From a phage: a stretch of DNA of 64,000 nt. The stretch lies in sequence record PZ166176.1; one strand, given 5' to 3'. A program made the position numbers and the translations under genes. Shown in pieces: positions 60,906 through 64,000 of this stretch. The notes beneath the pieces are model-generated. The model made no database searches, was not told the DNA's origin, and saw only the letters and a program-made list of their open reading frames with translations. How positions within the stretch are numbered: the first letter of the stretch is position 1; each line of letters opens with the position of its first letter.

Positions 60906-61838
60906 TTATCCTCCAAAAAAGTTTTCGATTTTTTCACGTCGTTCTTGCTGATTTAAAGCAGCCCATTGAATCTTCGTAAAATTATTTTGAATCCATTCTA
61001 ACAAAGCGTAATATTCTTCGTCAACCATTTGTTTGGCATTTTTTGGATTATCCCAAATCAGATCCCACTTTTTATCTCCACCGCGCATAAGAAACTTCTT
61101 AGTAAGATAGTGTGGTGATTTAATTTTTAAAAGTAAGTTGAACGGATAGTTTGTTTCACGAACTACAAACCCTTCGTGTTTACAATGTTTAGACATTTCA
61201 ACAACATCTGAAAACTTAACCATTGGATGAACTTCAGGACGCTTAAATTTGGTGACAGAAGCAATTCCATCAAGAGCACCTTCAGGTAACATAAAACTTG
61301 TCCCATCAGGATTTTGAATTCTGGCACCAATTAAGTATGCACCTGGTTCTTCTTCGACAATATGCGGATCAGAAGGATCACAGATTTCAAAAAGGAAAGT
61401 TGCTTTTGCACTCTCTGTCCATTTGATGAAATGTTCTATGTCATCACACTCTGAAACAATATGATTCTTTGCAATACTTGCAAAATCTGATTCAAGGCTT
61501 CCTGTTGTCGATACAATAAGTTGACCTTTATATACACCTACAGAGGCCATAAAACCATTTATTTTACGAACCACATCTACAAGTTCATCCGCTGGTAGAT
61601 CTGTGCCATTCTCAAAACGATTAAAAATCTTAGTGAAAGGCCAAATAACAACATTGTCATCAGCATCAACAACGATTCCGCGACATTCTAGAAGACGAGA
61701 ATCAATGCTCCATAAGTTATCCCAGAAAACTTTGTTCTTATACTTAAGAACAGATAGACCAGAATACTCTCCTTCTTTATATGTTTTCTTATGAACTAAA
61801 CCTTTTTCAACCAAATCGTCGCAATTAAATTTAGCCAC
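60906..61838 (-). CDS. RNA ligase (Rnl2-like nucleotidyltransferase)
   Basis: Motif I RKINGFMA (compare T4 Rnl2 KIHGTN), motif IV EGFVVRE, motif V LLLKIK. Confidence 0.6.
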   Translation of the reverse strand: MAKFNCDDLVEKGLVHKKTYKEGEYSGLSVLKYKNKVFWDNLWSIDSRLLECRGIVVDADDNVVIWPFTKIFNRFENGTDLPADELVDVVRKINGFMASVGVYKGQLIVSTTGSLESDFASIAKNHIVSECDDIEHFIKWTESAKATFLFEICDPSDPHIVEEEPGAYLIGARIQNPDGTSFMLPEGALDGIASVTKFKRPEVHPMVKFSDVVEMSKHCKHEGFVVRETNYPFNLLLKIKSPHYLTKKFLMRGGDKKWDLIWDNPKNAKQMVDEEYYALLEWIQNNFTKIQWAALNQQERREKIENFFGG

Positions 61839-61839
61839 A

Positions 61840-62391
61840 TTATTCTCCTTTGATTATTTTGTGATGGTCTACAGTCACGATATCTCGTTTACTCATCATA
61901 GAAATTATCTCATCAAAATGCAAGATTTTTCCGTGTGCATCCCAACCCACATCTAACATTTTACCATAAGCTTCATCAGGGAAAGATCCGTGGGAATGCC
62001 CGTGTAGCATGATTGATCCACGACCTTGTTTATTCCAGGAGGCCATAGGGTAATGGCTTAAGACGAAGAACAGCTTCTGATATTTCACTTCGTCATAATA
62101 CACCACTTCTCCATACTCTGCAAGCACTTCTCGGTGTTTGCTGTAGTCATGGTTCCCAACACAGTAGGTGATATCTCCTTGAAGACGGGAAGCAATTTTA
62201 CGGGTATCTTCTTCAGTTCCGAAACAGAAGTCGCCCAAATGCCACATCTTAACACCAGGAGTAGTAGCACATTTGTTCCATGCTTCGATCAAGGCTTCTG
62301 TCATGTGGTCCATATCTTCCCACGGACGATATTCAGGAGCAAACTCTCGAATACGTTTATGCATAAAATGCAAATCGCTTGTAATAAACAT
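61840..62391 (-). CDS. calcineurin-like metallophosphoesterase (candidate RNA end-healing phosphatase)
   Basis: SDLHFMH, LGDFCFG, VGNHD, LHGHSHG motifs. Confidence 0.7.
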   Translation of the reverse strand: MFITSDLHFMHKRIREFAPEYRPWEDMDHMTEALIEAWNKCATTPGVKMWHLGDFCFGTEEDTRKIASRLQGDITYCVGNHDYSKHREVLAEYGEVVYYDEVKYQKLFFVLSHYPMASWNKQGRGSIMLHGHSHGSFPDEAYGKMLDVGWDAHGKILHFDEIISMMSKRDIVTVDHHKIIKGE

Positions 62392-62747
62392 TAGTATAAT
62401 CCCTCGCTAAATAATTCATGGTCGTGACCATTACGCTCATGGTCGATCTGGTCAGCATTTTCCGCGATGATGTAAGCATCCGCACGACTCCACCAATTGT
62501 AATACTGATCGATAAAGCCTTGATTATCTGGTGTGCACAAAGTTTTGTTGATTACACCTGCTTCTTTCAACACGTTTAACTGTGCATATAGTACAGGATT
62601 TGCATGTCGAACACAAGGAATAATTAATTCTTCACCATTATTCAAAATATACTTATTTGCAGCACAGACGATAACACGTTGCGCATAATGACCCTCACCC
62701 ATCCAGGTAAGAGGTTGGTAACAAATGTTGTTTTCAATACCACTCAT
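62391..62747 (-). CDS. hypothetical protein (118 aa)
   Basis: ORF. Confidence 0.6.
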   Translation of the reverse strand: MSGIENNICYQPLTWMGEGHYAQRVIVCAANKYILNNGEELIIPCVRHANPVLYAQLNVLKEAGVINKTLCTPDNQGFIDQYYNWWSRADAYIIAENADQIDHERNGHDHELFSEGLY

Positions 62748-62754
62748 TGTTTCC

Positions 62755-62898
62755 TAATCCTCCTCTCTTAAATTATCCTCGAAAAAACTAGTATCTGGAA
62801 GTAAAAGATCATTGCTTGTGTCGGGCCAATCCTCTTCTTCTCTGTAGATAAAGTAACCTTCGTCCTCTTCTTGTTCCGACCAAACCGAATGATGCATG
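62755..62898 (-). CDS. roughly 47-aa acidic small protein
   Basis: MHHSVWSEQEEDEGYFIYREEEDWPDT...; SD aaggagaga. Confidence 0.35.
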
Positions 62899-62906
62899 TT
62901 CTCTCC

Positions 62907-63251
62907 TTAGTAGTGCACACGAATCATTTTAATACCATAACGCTGCATGAATTCTTTTGCAAGCATGAATTTATCCCCAGCGGCGGGATTAGAAGTATGC
63001 ACGAAAATGGTAGGTGAACCAAAGCAAGGTTTACCAAACGCCAGAAGTTCTTCCAGGTGCAGGAAAACATCATACCCATCTTGGTCTGACTCCATACCTA
63101 AATCATTGTCAAAAGACCACTCGGTTACTCTTCGATACAGTTTAGCAGGATCATTGAGAAAGGCCATAGCTTCTTGTGACGTTTTAAACCAAATTGCATC
63201 TTCCTGTCCATAGTCGGCTGGGTTCCGCATATCATCTATCCAAACTTTCAT
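62907..63251 (-). CDS. hypothetical protein (114 aa)
   Basis: N-terminal MKVWIDDMRNP; no family assigned. Confidence 0.6.
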   Translation of the reverse strand: MKVWIDDMRNPADYGQEDAIWFKTSQEAMAFLNDPAKLYRRVTEWSFDNDLGMESDQDGYDVFLHLEELLAFGKPCFGSPTIFVHTSNPAAGDKFMLAKEFMQRYGIKMIRVHY

Positions 63252-63261
63252 ATAACCTCCT

Positions 63262-63732
63262 TTAAGCTGGCATGATCAAAAAAGAACTTTCCACTTCAAA
63301 ATGCCAATCATCAACAAGTCCTGATTCCCAATCCTTCTCTTCATGGAAAGAGCAAATCCAACGGTACATACCTGGCGGTGTATTCTCAACATCTTCTGGC
63401 AACCCATAATCCAAAGCTGTCTTACCGTTCTCTGTAAAACCAGGGTGGAGATTAGGAGCTTTCAGTACAGAAACCATACCTCCAACATCCACAGCTACGA
63501 TCCACTCTGTCATGTATGGACTGTCATATTGAGGCTCATCATAACCTACCTCAACAGCCTCTGTGCGTAAGATGATAATAGGCTGCTCTGTGATTGGGGC
63601 TTTGACAATATACCCGTGGTCCTCAAAAAGATCGATAACCTCGAACTCATCACCGTTTTCGATACCATAGCTCTTATTCAAAGAGATAAACTTCGGGTTA
63701 TCATCGTAAGCTTTAGTTACTTTAATTTTCAT
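63262..63732 (-). CDS. hypothetical protein (156 aa)
   Basis: ORF. Confidence 0.6.
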   Translation of the reverse strand: MKIKVTKAYDDNPKFISLNKSYGIENGDEFEVIDLFEDHGYIVKAPITEQPIIILRTEAVEVGYDEPQYDSPYMTEWIVAVDVGGMVSVLKAPNLHPGFTENGKTALDYGLPEDVENTPPGMYRWICSFHEEKDWESGLVDDWHFEVESSFLIMPA

Positions 63733-63935
63733 TTTTCCTCCTTCACTTTAACCTCAAATTCTACAGGCTTGCCCTCAATGTAAAAACACTGATACTCTGA
63801 CTTATCATCCTCATCACGAGGCCAAGTTACCAAGGAGTTATAGCAATCTTCTGGTGCTTTGAAGATGGTTTTAGTCTCCACAGTAACATTCCCATTAAGT
63901 GTTGCCAATACCACCCACCCAGCTATAGGGATCAT
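63729..63935 (-). CDS. hypothetical protein (68 aa)
   Basis: ATG at 63935 with SD ggaggcact. Confidence 0.55.
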   Translation of the reverse strand: MIPIAGWVVLATLNGNVTVETKTIFKAPEDCYNSLVTWPRDEDDKSEYQCFYIEGKPVEFEVKVKEEK

Positions 63936-64000
63936 AGTGCCTCCACTTTCCACGTTTTACCCTTATCAACCAAGGTCTTTGCTACAGCATACTCCTTCCC

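Noticed and set aside
31602-62394. Plus-strand ORFs inside the minus-strand operons (for example 37440-37697, 52797-53354, 54924-55319, 57867-58118)
   Set aside because: Antisense shadows of strongly supported minus-strand genes; several have Phe/Leu/Ser-rich low-complexity translations typical of reverse frames.
1-64000. tRNA genes
   Set aside because: The non-coding regions were scanned by eye for T-loop (GGTTCGAATCC-like) and cloverleaf patterns; nothing convincing was found. A tRNAscan-SE run is needed to be sure.

Overview
This window reads as a segment of a large virulent, tailed phage of a Gram-negative host, with T4-like nucleotide-metabolism and repair genes; no structural genes are present. 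It has two transcriptional halves. Positions 1-31,000 are a plus-strand early region of about 90 small ORFs, almost all without recognisable family. Within 2.7-12.8 kb these are driven by at least 23 copies of a repeated cassette: a sigma70-type promoter (TTGACA, 16-17 nt spacer, TA-rich -10) followed by a conserved GC stem-loop at the 5' end of the transcript (TAGGGCGG...CCGCC), then SD and ATG. This resembles the promoter-early-stem-loop (PeSL) elements described in RB49/RB43-type T4-like phages. Positions 31,000-64,000 are a minus-strand operon block with recognisable products: class Ia ribonucleotide reductase NrdA/NrdB, glutaredoxin, T4-type lysozyme, PhoH, an HslV-like peptidase, a lambda-type Ser/Thr phosphatase, RmlC and RmlD, a ThyX-like enzyme, a HAD nucleotidase, an HNH endonuclease, a DEDD exonuclease, a T4 RNase H-like flap nuclease, a MazG-like protein, two ligase-family enzymes, a P-loop kinase, a metallophosphoesterase, a Sir2-family protein, and C5-cytosine and Dam-like methyltransferases. 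Two long non-coding regions (1.17-2.5 kb and 13.3-14.9 kb) carry direct repeats, Fur-box-like palindromes and a GC-rich island with its own minus-strand promoter. The most notable candidates are the promoter/stem-loop cassette array, a five-member paralogous early-protein family, a putative RNA-repair cassette, the phage-borne Sir2, NADAR, SLOG-like and nucleotidyltransferase-like genes, and the RmlC/RmlD pair. All calls come from reading the sequence and motif recall; no database search was run.
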